A DNA stretch of 61,770 nucleotides, from assembly GCA_003601835.1 (NCBI GenBank), contig PIYB01000014.1, positions 1 through 61,770 of the forward strand, in the 5' to 3' direction. Below, in pieces: positions 27,685-37,319 of this stretch. The notes beneath the pieces are model-generated. The model saw only the letters and a list, made by a program, of their open reading frames with translations. It made no database searches and was not told the origin of the DNA. This DNA is from Candidatus Bathyarchaeota archaeon (GTDB lineage Archaea > Thermoproteota > Bathyarchaeia > Bathyarchaeales > DTEX01). Numbering within the stretch: the stretch's first letter is position 1; the number at the start of each line of letters is the position of its first letter. A program made the translations under genes and the position numbers.

Positions 27685-27735
27685 CGACAAGAGAAGACAC
27701 TGTACCACTAACCTAAAAAGAAGGAAGAAAGAAAG

Positions 27736-29850
27736 ATGCACAAACTAGCTAAGAAAATGGCATTATTACTAGTGGCATTGACGGCATTCGCTGTGGCACT
27801 GCCACTTGTTCCAGCAAGAGCATCACTAGGTAACATACTCATCGACACAAAAACGGGTCCAAGCGTCAGCCCCACAATTAAACTTGGAGAAAGCGTGAAC
27901 CTATACTTCGGAGGGGTAACATGGTCAGGCGGACAGGTTAAGCTGTACATCAGCACCGACCCATTCGCCGCCCTCAACACAACCACTGACATACCTTATG
28001 GACCAGCATTCAGCGTAGCCAAAATAACGGCTAACGCAACTGATACTACAACTTATTCAGGCTACAGTGTTGGCCACAACTGGATCAACGGAACAATACC
28101 TAAAAGCTTGGAGATCCCCGGAGGCAAATATTACATCAAGGCATTTGACGGCGTAACGGGCGCCGTTGCAGTCACGGATAACTATATCAATATCATAGCT
28201 TCATTCGAGGTTACTCCAACCTTTGGACCTGGACAAGCACCGATAACGCTTAAAGGATATGCTCTACCCGCAAATGGTTATGCTAACTTCAGTTATAATG
28301 CTGGAGCTGGATGGAAAGTAATAAAGGATCTCGTAAAAGCAAACGAGAAAGGACGAATCGTGTACTCCATTTCTGCTCCAGACCTGGAGAAAGTCGTAAC
28401 CCCGCAGGGAGAGCAAAATGAATCTCTACAGATGACCACAATCTATTTCCGAATGATAGTCAACAGCACAGGACAGACTGAAACTGACACCTTTGTAGAA
28501 TACTACAGAGGTCTAGTGCAAGTCAAAGGCGAAAACTCGATGACGGCGACAACGGGATTCCTCTACGGCAATGAAACCACAAGCACTGCCAGCGTTCTCA
28601 AAGCTGTGAAAGTCAAGGTTATGGGTTCACTGATTATTGTTGGAAAATGGTTCCATCCAGGTGCGCTGACAATCCTCTGGGATAAAGCGCAAACTATAGG
28701 CGGGACGGAAGCGAATACGACACACGGCTGGTTCAACACAACAGTTACTGTTCCAATAACCTCTAAAGGATTACACAACGTAACGATTGACGACGGAAAA
28801 GTCAAGTTCGTATTCTGGGTAACCGTGATACCTACGTTGATCCTTACGCCTGACGAAGGCACCGTTGGCACAACCGTTACTGCTAAAGGCTACGGGTTCC
28901 CAGCGAGCACCAGCACCGTAGTGTACAACGTAACCTTAACTTGGGACTACACTGACATCTGCAAGAACGTATCAGTCGACGTGGCCTGGGCGCTAACAAC
29001 AACGCAGGGACATTTCACCACATCCTTTGTGGTGCCGCATACTGTCGGTGGAACACACATAGTTACAGCAACGGCAAACGACTCCGTTTCAACAACCGCT
29101 CCAGACACATTCAAGGTGTTGGTTGCGCTCATAGTAACGCCAAGTTCGGCGACAAACAACGGTACAGTTGTAACCGTTAAAGGAACAGGCTTAGCATACG
29201 ACGAATGGTATGACCTGTTGATCAACGGTAAAGACTTCTACTCCGCTGACTCGAAGGGATGGACAGCATACTTCAACGGCTCCTGCACAGGAGACCTGTC
29301 ACTTCAAATCATCGTGGACGCCAGCTTTGCACCAGGAAAATACGCCGTTTCACTGTACAAACTCTCAAAAGTCTATCAGCTTCCAACCCTTGAAAAGTAC
29401 GTGATGTTCACAGTTACCGGAGAAGAAGAAACCAAAATACTGGACAAGCTAGATGAGATTGATGCAGCAGTAGCTGACCTAGATAGCTTCGTGAGAAGCG
29501 ACAGCACATCCGTGCACAACGAGCTAACCACAGTTAAAAACGGGATAACCACTGTTAAAAATAGCATTAACGACGCTAAGCAAGCCGTACTGACCGCTGT
29601 GGGCGGCGTATCCAATCAGCTAACAAGCATCGAATCATATGCGAAGGACGCAGCTTCCAAAGCTGCATCGGCAGCAACATCCGCAGGAGACGCAGCTTCC
29701 AAAGCTGCATCGGCAGCAACAGCAGCTCAAGCAGCACAGTCAGCTACCTCCGGAATCTCGACAGCTGTGTATGGGGCAATAGTTCTGTCGCTTATTGCGG
29801 CATTAGCCTCCATCGTAGCCGTCATTACACTCCAAAGAAAGGTAGCCTAA
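27736..29850 (+). CDS. large secreted, C-terminally anchored, sequon-rich surface protein (S-layer/cell-surface glycoprotein candidate)
   Basis: 704 aa. N-terminal signal-like segment KKMALLLVALTAFAVALPLVPARA. About 15 N-x-S/T sequons counted by eye. Thr/Val-rich beta-type body. Helical Ala/Ser-rich stalk, then a single TM segment AIVLSLIAALASIVAVITL followed by QRKVA. Confidence 0.6.
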   Translation: MHKLAKKMALLLVALTAFAVALPLVPARASLGNILIDTKTGPSVSPTIKLGESVNLYFGGVTWSGGQVKLYISTDPFAALNTTTDIPYGPAFSVAKITANATDTTTYSGYSVGHNWINGTIPKSLEIPGGKYYIKAFDGVTGAVAVTDNYINIIASFEVTPTFGPGQAPITLKGYALPANGYANFSYNAGAGWKVIKDLVKANEKGRIVYSISAPDLEKVVTPQGEQNESLQMTTIYFRMIVNSTGQTETDTFVEYYRGLVQVKGENSMTATTGFLYGNETTSTASVLKAVKVKVMGSLIIVGKWFHPGALTILWDKAQTIGGTEANTTHGWFNTTVTVPITSKGLHNVTIDDGKVKFVFWVTVIPTLILTPDEGTVGTTVTAKGYGFPASTSTVVYNVTLTWDYTDICKNVSVDVAWALTTTQGHFTTSFVVPHTVGGTHIVTATANDSVSTTAPDTFKVLVALIVTPSSATNNGTVVTVKGTGLAYDEWYDLLINGKDFYSADSKGWTAYFNGSCTGDLSLQIIVDASFAPGKYAVSLYKLSKVYQLPTLEKYVMFTVTGEEETKILDKLDEIDAAVADLDSFVRSDSTSVHNELTTVKNGITTVKNSINDAKQAVLTAVGGVSNQLTSIESYAKDAASKAASAATSAGDAASKAASAATAAQAAQSATSGISTAVYGAIVLSLIAALASIVAVITLQRKVA
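29647..29721 (+). repeat. in-frame 42-nt tandem duplication within the stalk of the surface-protein gene
   Basis: The 33-mer GACGCAGCTTCCAAAGCTGCATCGGCAGCAACA occurs at 29647-29679 and 29689-29721. It encodes DAASKAASAAT twice. Confidence 0.85.
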
Positions 29851-29873
29851 AAACAGGAAAAACCACATCTCCC

Positions 29874-29886
29874 TTTTTTTATTTTT
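29874..29886 (+). terminator. oligo-T archaeal terminator candidate
   Basis: TTTTTTTATTTTT begins 24 nt after the surface-protein stop codon. Confidence 0.5.
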
Positions 29887-29973
29887 GCCATCTCAACCCA
29901 TCAGGTCACTTTATACACAGTCAAAAACAGGCACCGAATTTTCAGCGAAAACTAAGCCGTTAAGCTAAGCTGA

Positions 29974-30046
29974 AGCCGGGGATGGGATTTGAACCCATGT
30001 GTAGCGGGTCTGCAGCCCACCGCCTGAACCTCTCGGCCACCCCGGC
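29974..30046 (-). tRNA. tRNA-Cys (anticodon GCA)
   Basis: Reverse complement: GCCGGGGTGGCCGAGAGGTTCAGGCGGTGGGCTGCAGACCCGCTACACATGGGTTCAAATCCCATCCCCGGCT. Perfect 7-bp acceptor stem. Anticodon loop CTGCAGA. T arm ATGGG-TTCAAAT-CCCAT. Discriminator U73 is the Cys identity element. Confidence 0.85.
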
Positions 30047-30171
30047 GTATGGGAGTCTGTAGAGTCGAATTCTATGTTTTTCTTAAGGTTGTCCTCTTTT
30101 TTTATTCTTTTCGGAGCGTTCCCCGTTTTCTTGGTTGCACATAGCATGTTGGATGTGACGGGAGAAGGTTT

Positions 30172-30492
30172 TTACATTTTCACGATCTGCGCGTGGAGGA
30201 TGCCGCAGATTGTGATCACGGCTTCAGGGTGGACGTATCCTCTTTCTATCGCCTTCTTTACGGTGTTGCATCCAACAAGGTTCACGATGGTGGATTCTTC
30301 TATGAGGTTTAATGCTTCATCAACGGTTGTTTTGAACCCTTTATAGAATTCTTCCTTAACTTCGAAAACAATGTCTGAATCGGTGAAAGTTTTACCTAGA
30401 AGCTCAGCGTCACAGACCGCTAGAAGAACCTGCCGCCCCCACCTTCGCACATTAACGTAAGCCTCCAAAGCCTTCGCTTCCATGTCTCCCAT
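30172..30492 (-). CDS. DUF424 family protein
   Basis: 106 aa. LLAVCDAELLGKTF, FYKG, NLVG and HAQIV blocks characteristic of archaeal DUF424. Lies immediately downstream of aIF2-beta. Confidence 0.6.
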   Translation of the reverse strand: MGDMEAKALEAYVNVRRWGRQVLLAVCDAELLGKTFTDSDIVFEVKEEFYKGFKTTVDEALNLIEESTIVNLVGCNTVKKAIERGYVHPEAVITICGILHAQIVKM

Positions 30493-30497
30493 AAGAC

Positions 30498-30902
30498 CTA
30501 GATGGGCTTGACTGATGATCTAGCTCCGCAAGCCTCGCAAACCAGAAAATGCAGCCGTTTCTCCTTCACAATTTTTGTGTCCGGTCTCTTGCAAACAGGG
30601 CACATGACGAACTGGTTAAGATACCGTTCGATCAACCGTTCAAACGTGTCAGGCTGAAACTTTCCTTGAAAAATCGCTCTTGTACCATCAAAGGTTCCAG
30701 CGGTCGCCATCTCTTTCGAAAGATACTTCAACACCTGAACGGGGTCCCGGTTCAGTATGTCACAGATCTCCTTGAAGTTGTGAAAGATCGTTCTGGACCC
30801 GAACACGGTGCAGACTGGTCTAGGAACCTTGAATCTTTCACGTTTGAAAACTTTCGGCGGCAGTTCCCGGTAAGCATCATTCAGCATTCGCTCGTAATCC
30901 AA
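30498..30902 (-). CDS. translation initiation factor aIF2 beta subunit
   Basis: 134 aa. YERMLNDAYRELP N-terminus and C-terminal zinc ribbon CPVCKRPDTKIV...LVCEACGA. Confidence 0.9.
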   Translation of the reverse strand: MDYERMLNDAYRELPPKVFKRERFKVPRPVCTVFGSRTIFHNFKEICDILNRDPVQVLKYLSKEMATAGTFDGTRAIFQGKFQPDTFERLIERYLNQFVMCPVCKRPDTKIVKEKRLHFLVCEACGARSSVKPI

Positions 30903-31147
30903 AGCCGTAACTCATCCCTCCTCACGATCAAACAGCCATGTTCTATATACGTAACTTGTTACACAAAAATCCTTTGTAGAACAAACCTTAGGCAAACCGT
31001 AAGCAAGATTTGTTCAAGCCTACAGCTGACGGCAGCCATATAAAACCTAGAAAGCCTTCAGAATTAAAGATTTATTAGGTTTGTTTCTAATGAGTGGATT
31101 AAACGAGGCTGAAAAGCCTTCCTAAACATTGAGAGACGGATCTGACC

Positions 31148-32566
31148 ATGAAGAAATTCCGAGACTTCAGCAAATGGTTCGACGAAGTCCTGTTTAACGC
31201 TGAGATCATGGACAACCGGTACCCAGTTAAAGGTTTCAGCGTTTACAAAGCGTGGGGAGCAAGAATCTCCAGAAAGATCACGAGTATGCTTGAGGAACAG
31301 CTAGAAGCAACCGGACATGACCCTATGCTCTTCCCCGTTGTAATCTCCGAGGAAGACTTCCAGAAAGAAGCAGAACACATCGCAGGATTCTCCGCCGAAG
31401 TATTCTGGATCACACATGCTGGAAAAAGACGGCTTCAAAAAAGGATGCTGCTGAGACCAACATCCGAAACCGCCATGTACCCAATGTTCACGTACTGGAT
31501 CAGGTCACACGCAGATCTCCCCCTCAGAATATTCCAAAGTGTATGCGTCTACAGATATGAAACCAAAGCAACACGACCCCTGTTCAGAATGCGTGAGTTC
31601 CTATGGAACGAGGCTCACACGGCGCATAAAAACTGGGAAGCCGCAGAAAAACAGGTGGAAACGGCTTTAAAGATATATAACGCTGTCTTCGAAAGGTTGG
31701 GGCTCTCATATTATGTGCTTAAACGCCCAGACTTCGACAAGTTTGCCGGAGCAGAATATTCAATCGCATTCGACGCTTGGAACCCGGATGGAAAAGTAAA
31801 CCAAATCGGCACAGTTCACAACCTAGGTGAAAACTTTGCACAAGCCTTCGGCATAACATATGAAGACATGGATGGAACCCACAGAAACGTCACACAAACA
31901 TGCTACGGGCTTGGCATAAGCCGAACATTGGCTGCCGTAATCGCCCAGCACGGGGATGACCATGGTTTGATTCTACCTCCAGAGATCGCCCCAGTTCAAG
32001 TTGTCGTCATCCCAATACCCTACAAGGGAGCTGAAGAAAAAATCGCGGCATACGCAAAGGAAGTTTACGAGAAGATCAAGGCAGCTGGACTTAGGGTGCA
32101 CCTTGACGACGGAGATAAGACGCCTGGAGAAAAATACTATTACTGGGAGATGCTCGGGGTCCCGGTGAGAGCAGAAGTGGGACCTAGAGACCTGAACGAA
32201 AGACAGGTCACGCTTTCCGAAAGAACAACCCTGAAAAGAAGCACCGTTGCCTTCGACGAAACAGTTTCAGCAATAGAACGGTTGTTCCAGAAGATAACAA
32301 CAGAACTAGCGGAGAGAAGCCGCTTAACCCTTAAAAAGATGACGGTTGACGCAAAGGAAACGGAGACGCTTAAAAAAGCAATCAAAGAAAGAAAAATCGC
32401 AAGAATCTGCTGGTGCGAAGACGAATCCTGCGCGGAAAAAATCAAGGAAGAAACAGGCGGCGAAATCAGAGGACACAGAGTTGACACCGAAGAAAAACCT
32501 GAATCCCCCTGCATAGTCTGCGGAAAAAAAGCGGAAAAAGTTGTCTACGTTGCAAGAGCATACTAG
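31148..32566 (+). CDS. proS: proline--tRNA ligase (archaeal/eukaryal type)
   Basis: 472 aa. Class II motifs including LRPTSETAMYPMF and FRMREFLWNEAHT. C-terminal zinc-binding domain (CWCEDESC ... CIVCGKKA). Confidence 0.9.
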   Translation: MKKFRDFSKWFDEVLFNAEIMDNRYPVKGFSVYKAWGARISRKITSMLEEQLEATGHDPMLFPVVISEEDFQKEAEHIAGFSAEVFWITHAGKRRLQKRMLLRPTSETAMYPMFTYWIRSHADLPLRIFQSVCVYRYETKATRPLFRMREFLWNEAHTAHKNWEAAEKQVETALKIYNAVFERLGLSYYVLKRPDFDKFAGAEYSIAFDAWNPDGKVNQIGTVHNLGENFAQAFGITYEDMDGTHRNVTQTCYGLGISRTLAAVIAQHGDDHGLILPPEIAPVQVVVIPIPYKGAEEKIAAYAKEVYEKIKAAGLRVHLDDGDKTPGEKYYYWEMLGVPVRAEVGPRDLNERQVTLSERTTLKRSTVAFDETVSAIERLFQKITTELAERSRLTLKKMTVDAKETETLKKAIKERKIARICWCEDESCAEKIKEETGGEIRGHRVDTEEKPESPCIVCGKKAEKVVYVARAY

Positions 32567-32671
32567 CCTCAGAAACCCATCTCATCTTCAAGCCGTCTCA
32601 ACCGTCCTCTGAAACACCTACATATGAAGCTGCCGTAAAAGAAGGGGCAATCCGTGAAACCCGGCTTGAAA

Positions 32672-33457
32672 ATGATTGTTCTCGTCAAACAGGTCCCCGA
32701 GATCGAAAAGGTAAGGTTTGACTACGAAAAAGGACGGTTAGACCGAAGCTCAGCCGGCGCAGTCATAAACCCGTTTGATTTGAACGCCTTAGAAGCAGCA
32801 GTCCAAATCAAAGAAAAGACAGGCGGCGAGATAACCGTTCTCAGCATGGGACCGCCCCAAGCTAAAGAGGCGTTAAAAGACGCCCTTGCAAGAGGCGCAG
32901 ACAACGCAGTTTTGCTTACAGACGTAAAGTTTGCTGGAGCTGACACGTTAGCAACCTCCTACACGCTTTCTTGCGCTGTGAGAAAGCTGGAACCGTTTGA
33001 CCTGATTCTGTGCGGTGAAAAAACGATAGACGGGGACACGGCGCAGGTTGGACCGGAAGTCGCGGAGTTCCTGGGAATCCCTCACGTAGCTTACGTGGAA
33101 AAAATCCTGGATGTAAACGAGAACCGCGTAGTGACCAGGTCAAGGATGGAACGGTGTTACTATGACATCGAGATGCGTTTTCCAAGCCTCATAACCGTAA
33201 CAAAGGACGCCAACACGCCGCGGCTTCCCACGTTACGGGACAAAATAAAGGCGAGAAAAGCGGAGATCACAATCTGGTCCGCGGATGATCTGTCTGACAT
33301 AGCGCACGAAGCAATCTTCGGGGCTTCAAACTCGCCAACAAGGGTTGCAAAGGTTTACGCTCCTCTCAGCAGCAAACGGAAAGCTGTGTTCATAAAGGGA
33401 ACAACGGAAGAAAAAGCCAGGCAGATTGCCAGCTTATTGGCTGAACTTGTGCTTTAA
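32672..33457 (+). CDS. etfB: electron transfer flavoprotein beta subunit
   Basis: MIVLVKQVPE N-terminus, INPFDLNALEAA, CGEKTIDGDTAQVGP. The track's GTG at 32654 is an alternative start. Confidence 0.85.
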   Translation: MIVLVKQVPEIEKVRFDYEKGRLDRSSAGAVINPFDLNALEAAVQIKEKTGGEITVLSMGPPQAKEALKDALARGADNAVLLTDVKFAGADTLATSYTLSCAVRKLEPFDLILCGEKTIDGDTAQVGPEVAEFLGIPHVAYVEKILDVNENRVVTRSRMERCYYDIEMRFPSLITVTKDANTPRLPTLRDKIKARKAEITIWSADDLSDIAHEAIFGASNSPTRVAKVYAPLSSKRKAVFIKGTTEEKARQIASLLAELVL

Positions 33458-33458
33458 G

Positions 33459-34466
33459 GTGAAACAGGTGAAGAAAACCGGAGAAGTATTAGTTTTCGCC
33501 GAACAGGAAGACGGAGAAGTTCATCCCGTAACATACGAGCTTCTCGGAAAAGGAAGTGAACTCGCCGCCAAGTTAGGCGTTGAACTGACCTCTGTTTTTC
33601 TTGGCTGCGGCATAAGCGAAAAGGCTGTTGAGCTCATCCAGTACGGAGCTGACAAAGTCTACTTATACGACAGTCCGTCTCTGGAAACGTTCGATGCAAC
33701 CCGGTACACAACAAACATTGTTGAACTCGTAAAGGAAACAAAGCCGGAAATATTCCTCATAGGCGCCACCCGTATCGGAAGAAGCCTAGCGCCCAGAATA
33801 GCAGCAGCGTTAAGAACCGGCTTGACGGCTGACTGTGTAGACTTGAACTTGGACAAAGACGGAAACCTGATTCAAATCAGACCTGCCTTCAGCGGCAACA
33901 TAATGGCTCAAGTGAAAACCAAGACAAGACCTCAGATGGCAACTGTGAGATACAAGGTTATGAAGGCTAACAAGAAGGTTCCCGGTAGAAAAGGAACCGT
34001 TATCAAGAAAAAAGTCAAGGTCGTCAAGGACACGGGAACAAAGATCTTGGGAAAGATCAAATCAGACGAGGTTAACCTTGCAGAGGCAGAGGTCATCGTC
34101 TCCGGAGGCAGAGGACTAAAAAAACCCGAAGACTTCGCTCTTTTGAAGGAACTCGCCGCAGCCTTAGGCGGGGTTGTCGGTTCAAGCAGGCCTCTGGTGG
34201 ACGCCGGCTGGATAGGTAAAGAACATCAGGTCGGGTTCAGCGGGCACACAGTTAAGCCGAGAGTCTACATCGCCTGCGGAATATCCGGCGCACCCCAACA
34301 TTTGTTCGGCATGCGAGACTCCGATGTCATAATCGCAATTAATAAGGACCCTTCAGCCCCGATATTTAACGTTGCAGACTACGCCGTTATAGGGGACCTT
34401 TATGAAATTCTTCCCTTAATGGTAAAGCAGATTCAAAAAATAAGGTCTAGGAGAAAAACAAGATGA
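33459..34466 (+). CDS. etfA: electron transfer flavoprotein alpha subunit
   Basis: VLVFAEQEDGEVHPVTYELLG N-terminus and C-terminal FAD site VGSSRPLVDAGW...QVGFSGHTVKPRVYIACGISGAPQH. GTG start at 33459 or 33468, just after the etfB stop. Confidence 0.85.
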   Translation: MKQVKKTGEVLVFAEQEDGEVHPVTYELLGKGSELAAKLGVELTSVFLGCGISEKAVELIQYGADKVYLYDSPSLETFDATRYTTNIVELVKETKPEIFLIGATRIGRSLAPRIAAALRTGLTADCVDLNLDKDGNLIQIRPAFSGNIMAQVKTKTRPQMATVRYKVMKANKKVPGRKGTVIKKKVKVVKDTGTKILGKIKSDEVNLAEAEVIVSGGRGLKKPEDFALLKELAAALGGVVGSSRPLVDAGWIGKEHQVGFSGHTVKPRVYIACGISGAPQHLFGMRDSDVIIAINKDPSAPIFNVADYAVIGDLYEILPLMVKQIQKIRSRRKTR

Positions 34467-35854
34467 CTGGTACAAACGAGAAAGTCTTGAAAAAACTGGA
34501 AGAGACCGTAGGAAAAGACTGGGTTGTCACCGAACGTGAATTCATGGAAAACTATCTGCAGGATGAGACACCTGAATCCGTTAGGCCGTCAGCAGCAAAC
34601 GATCTAATCCTCGTCAAACCTTCGTCAACCGAGGAAGTCTCCCAAATCTTGAAACTGGCAAACCAAGAGAAGATCCCCGTTTTCCCCGTTGGCGGTAGAA
34701 CCGGGCTTGTCGGCGCATCTGTTCCAACCGAACCCGGCATAATCCTTTCTCTTGAAAGAATGAAGAAAATCGAGATAGACCGCCAAAACCTCATGGCCAT
34801 CGTTGAGGCTGGAGCAACATTAGGAGAGTTGATAGAAGCCTCTGAGGCGGCTGGATTATTCTTTCCCCTTCATCCCGGAGATGAAGGCGCTCAAATCGGT
34901 GGTTTAATAGCCACCAACGCAGGAGGAGTCAGAGCCGTCAAATACGGAGTAGTAAGAAACTACGTGAAAGGCATCGAGGCTGTCTTACCAACCGGTGAGG
35001 TGCTGAATCTTGGAGGGCGGCTCATCAAAAACAATGCAGGATACGATCTGATGCACCTGATAATAGGCAGCGAAGGAACACTATGCGTGGTCACAAAAGC
35101 CGTCATTAAACTCTATGCGCGAAGCAAATTTTCAGCTACACTGATCGTTCCTTTTCAACGCCGCTTTGACGCCATAAAATCTGTTCAAGCAATCTTGCAG
35201 TCAGGCGTAGTGCCGTTAGCCATCGAGTACGTGGAGCTGAAAGAGATAAACCAAGCTGCCGAACATCTTAATGAAGAATGGCCAGTTCAAGAAGGCAAAG
35301 CCCAGCTCATGTTGATATTGACAGCCATAAGCGAGGATGAGCTGCTGTCAGCCTGCGAGAAAATCTCAGAAGTGTGCGAGAAAAACGGCGCTGGAGAAAC
35401 CGTGATTGCGGAAACAAAGGAAGAACAAGACAAAATTCTACGGGTGAGAAGCAACATTTACACCACTCTGAAGCCGCAAATGATCGACATCCTAGACGTA
35501 ACGGTTCCCCCCAGCAGACTAGGAGACCTGATGAACGCAGTGGACGAAATAGCGAGAAAACACGAGACCCATCTGCCTGTGTATGGTCACGCTGGAGACG
35601 GAAACCTGCACATACACATAATGAAGGAGGAAGACAAACCGCCGGATTACGCTTCGAAGGTGAAAAGAGAAATATATGATGCTGGAATCCGCCTAGGAGG
35701 CGTCATAACAGGGGAACACGGAATAGGCAAAATCAGAGTTGACGAGTTTGCCTTAACCATCGGTGAAAAAGAGCTAAGCCTCATGAAGGGAATCAAGAAG
35801 CTCTTCGACCCGAACAACATCCTCAACCCGGGAAAGGTTATCCCCTCAGGCTGA
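34463..35854 (+). CDS. FAD-linked oxidase (GlcD / D-lactate dehydrogenase-like)
   Basis: 463 aa. FAD-binding PCMH domain (PVGGRTGLVG, ATNAGG) and C-terminal ITGEHGIG motif. Overlaps the etfA stop by 4 nt. Confidence 0.8.
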   Translation: MTGTNEKVLKKLEETVGKDWVVTEREFMENYLQDETPESVRPSAANDLILVKPSSTEEVSQILKLANQEKIPVFPVGGRTGLVGASVPTEPGIILSLERMKKIEIDRQNLMAIVEAGATLGELIEASEAAGLFFPLHPGDEGAQIGGLIATNAGGVRAVKYGVVRNYVKGIEAVLPTGEVLNLGGRLIKNNAGYDLMHLIIGSEGTLCVVTKAVIKLYARSKFSATLIVPFQRRFDAIKSVQAILQSGVVPLAIEYVELKEINQAAEHLNEEWPVQEGKAQLMLILTAISEDELLSACEKISEVCEKNGAGETVIAETKEEQDKILRVRSNIYTTLKPQMIDILDVTVPPSRLGDLMNAVDEIARKHETHLPVYGHAGDGNLHIHIMKEEDKPPDYASKVKREIYDAGIRLGGVITGEHGIGKIRVDEFALTIGEKELSLMKGIKKLFDPNNILNPGKVIPSG

Positions 35855-36485
35855 CACAAAAAGGATTCTCAACTCTTTCTTTCCCAATCGTCGTTGCCTC
35901 CCCATGCCCCGGGTACACCACGGTTTCATCCGGCAACACCATCAGCTTGTCCCTTATGGACCGCATTATGTCCTTGAAGGAGGCCCCCGGCAAGTCTGTT
36001 CTCCCAATTGAACCCGCGAACAAAGTGTCCCCCGTGAAGACTACCCGGTTGCTGCTGTCATGCAAGCATATGCTTCCTCTTGTATGCCCCGGGGTGTGAA
36101 GCACCCTCAATTTAAGGCTGCCGAATTCTAAAGTGTCTCCGTCTATGAGAAGCACATCTGCGGGAGGCGAGATTCCCTTCAACCCCAGTGCCCCTGAAAG
36201 ATTTGTTGATGGGTCCATCAGCATATCCGCATCCTTCTCGTGAATCGCTATCTTGGCGCCAGTTACCTTCTTCAACCGTTCGTTCCCGCATATGTGATCC
36301 ACATGTCCATGCGTGTTGACGATGAACTTGATTTTTAACCCTTGATGATTAATGGTTTGGATGAAACTTGTTAGCTCATCCTCAGTGAAGCCAGGGTCAA
36401 TAACTATTGCCTCCGAGCTTTTTTCACACGCTACGATGTAACAGTTTGTGCCTAACAGCCCAACGGTTAAAGATTTGATGAACAT
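35838..36485 (-). CDS. MBL-fold metallo-hydrolase (glyoxalase II-like)
   Basis: MFIKSLTVGLLGTNCYIV N-terminus, THGHVDHICG metal motif, HTPGHTRGS, GDTLF. Start set at ATG 36485. Confidence 0.8.
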   Translation of the reverse strand: MFIKSLTVGLLGTNCYIVACEKSSEAIVIDPGFTEDELTSFIQTINHQGLKIKFIVNTHGHVDHICGNERLKKVTGAKIAIHEKDADMLMDPSTNLSGALGLKGISPPADVLLIDGDTLEFGSLKLRVLHTPGHTRGSICLHDSSNRVVFTGDTLFAGSIGRTDLPGASFKDIMRSIRDKLMVLPDETVVYPGHGEATTIGKERVENPFCVSLRG

Positions 36486-36581
36486 ATGGCTCACCGAAAG
36501 GTTTGTTCTGCAGTAAACGATGCGGTTAGCTCTCTTCAACCTTCTGGTTTTGAGGGTGCGAAGAGTCTTAAAAGTGGGGGT

Positions 36582-37319
36582 CTATCGTTCTTCGAGAAGC
36601 CTCAAAATGTTTCTGCCTAATATTTTTTCCTCTTCTTCCTTCAGTTTCAGAACCTTGATCTTCATAAGCTCAACCGGAGGATGCATCCAGTAGCCGTCTG
36701 AGCCCCAAATAAGTTTGTCGGCTCCTGCAAGATGAACAGCGGAACGTATCATTCTGTAGACGTGGATGAAGGAAACATCCAAATAAACATGTTTCAGCTT
36801 TGCCAGTTCACAGAAGGCTCCTAGATACTGAGGGTTGGAGCCGAGATGAGCGATAATTATGGGCGCTCTGTTGAATTTTTCGGCGACTTTGGACATAACA
36901 TCATAACAGCCAGCGCAATCTATCAACGTTACAAGACCGTAATCCTGAGCGGCTTTCAATATTTCAAAAAGGGTTTCCGTTTCCAAAGAACCAGTCTTGT
37001 ACCGGGCGTAGAGGTCTGAAACTGTTTGAACCTTCTTGCCGGTGAATTCTCCGAAGTGAAGCTTTAGCCCGGTCCATTTGAGGTCTTCAGCTATTCGTCG
37101 AAGTTCATCCTTCCAGTACGGATCGCACGGTCTCACATGTCCCCAAGGAATGAAAAAGTCCGGATGCTGCTTGTAAGCCTTTAAGGTTAACTCGTTAGAT
37201 TCTCGGGACGGGTTCCAAATCGACCAGATTACAGCCTTGTCAACCCCTGCTTCCTTCTCCATGCCGTATATTACGTCGGGGTCTTCATGTTCAATGTGCA
37301 TGTGAGCGTCAACTATCAT
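36582..37319 (-). CDS. amidohydrolase-2/TIM-barrel metal-dependent hydrolase
   Basis: MIVDAHMHI N-terminal HxH, a later IAHLG, and WGSDG near the C-terminus. Confidence 0.65.
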   Translation of the reverse strand: MIVDAHMHIEHEDPDVIYGMEKEAGVDKAVIWSIWNPSRESNELTLKAYKQHPDFFIPWGHVRPCDPYWKDELRRIAEDLKWTGLKLHFGEFTGKKVQTVSDLYARYKTGSLETETLFEILKAAQDYGLVTLIDCAGCYDVMSKVAEKFNRAPIIIAHLGSNPQYLGAFCELAKLKHVYLDVSFIHVYRMIRSAVHLAGADKLIWGSDGYWMHPPVELMKIKVLKLKEEEEKILGRNILRLLEER

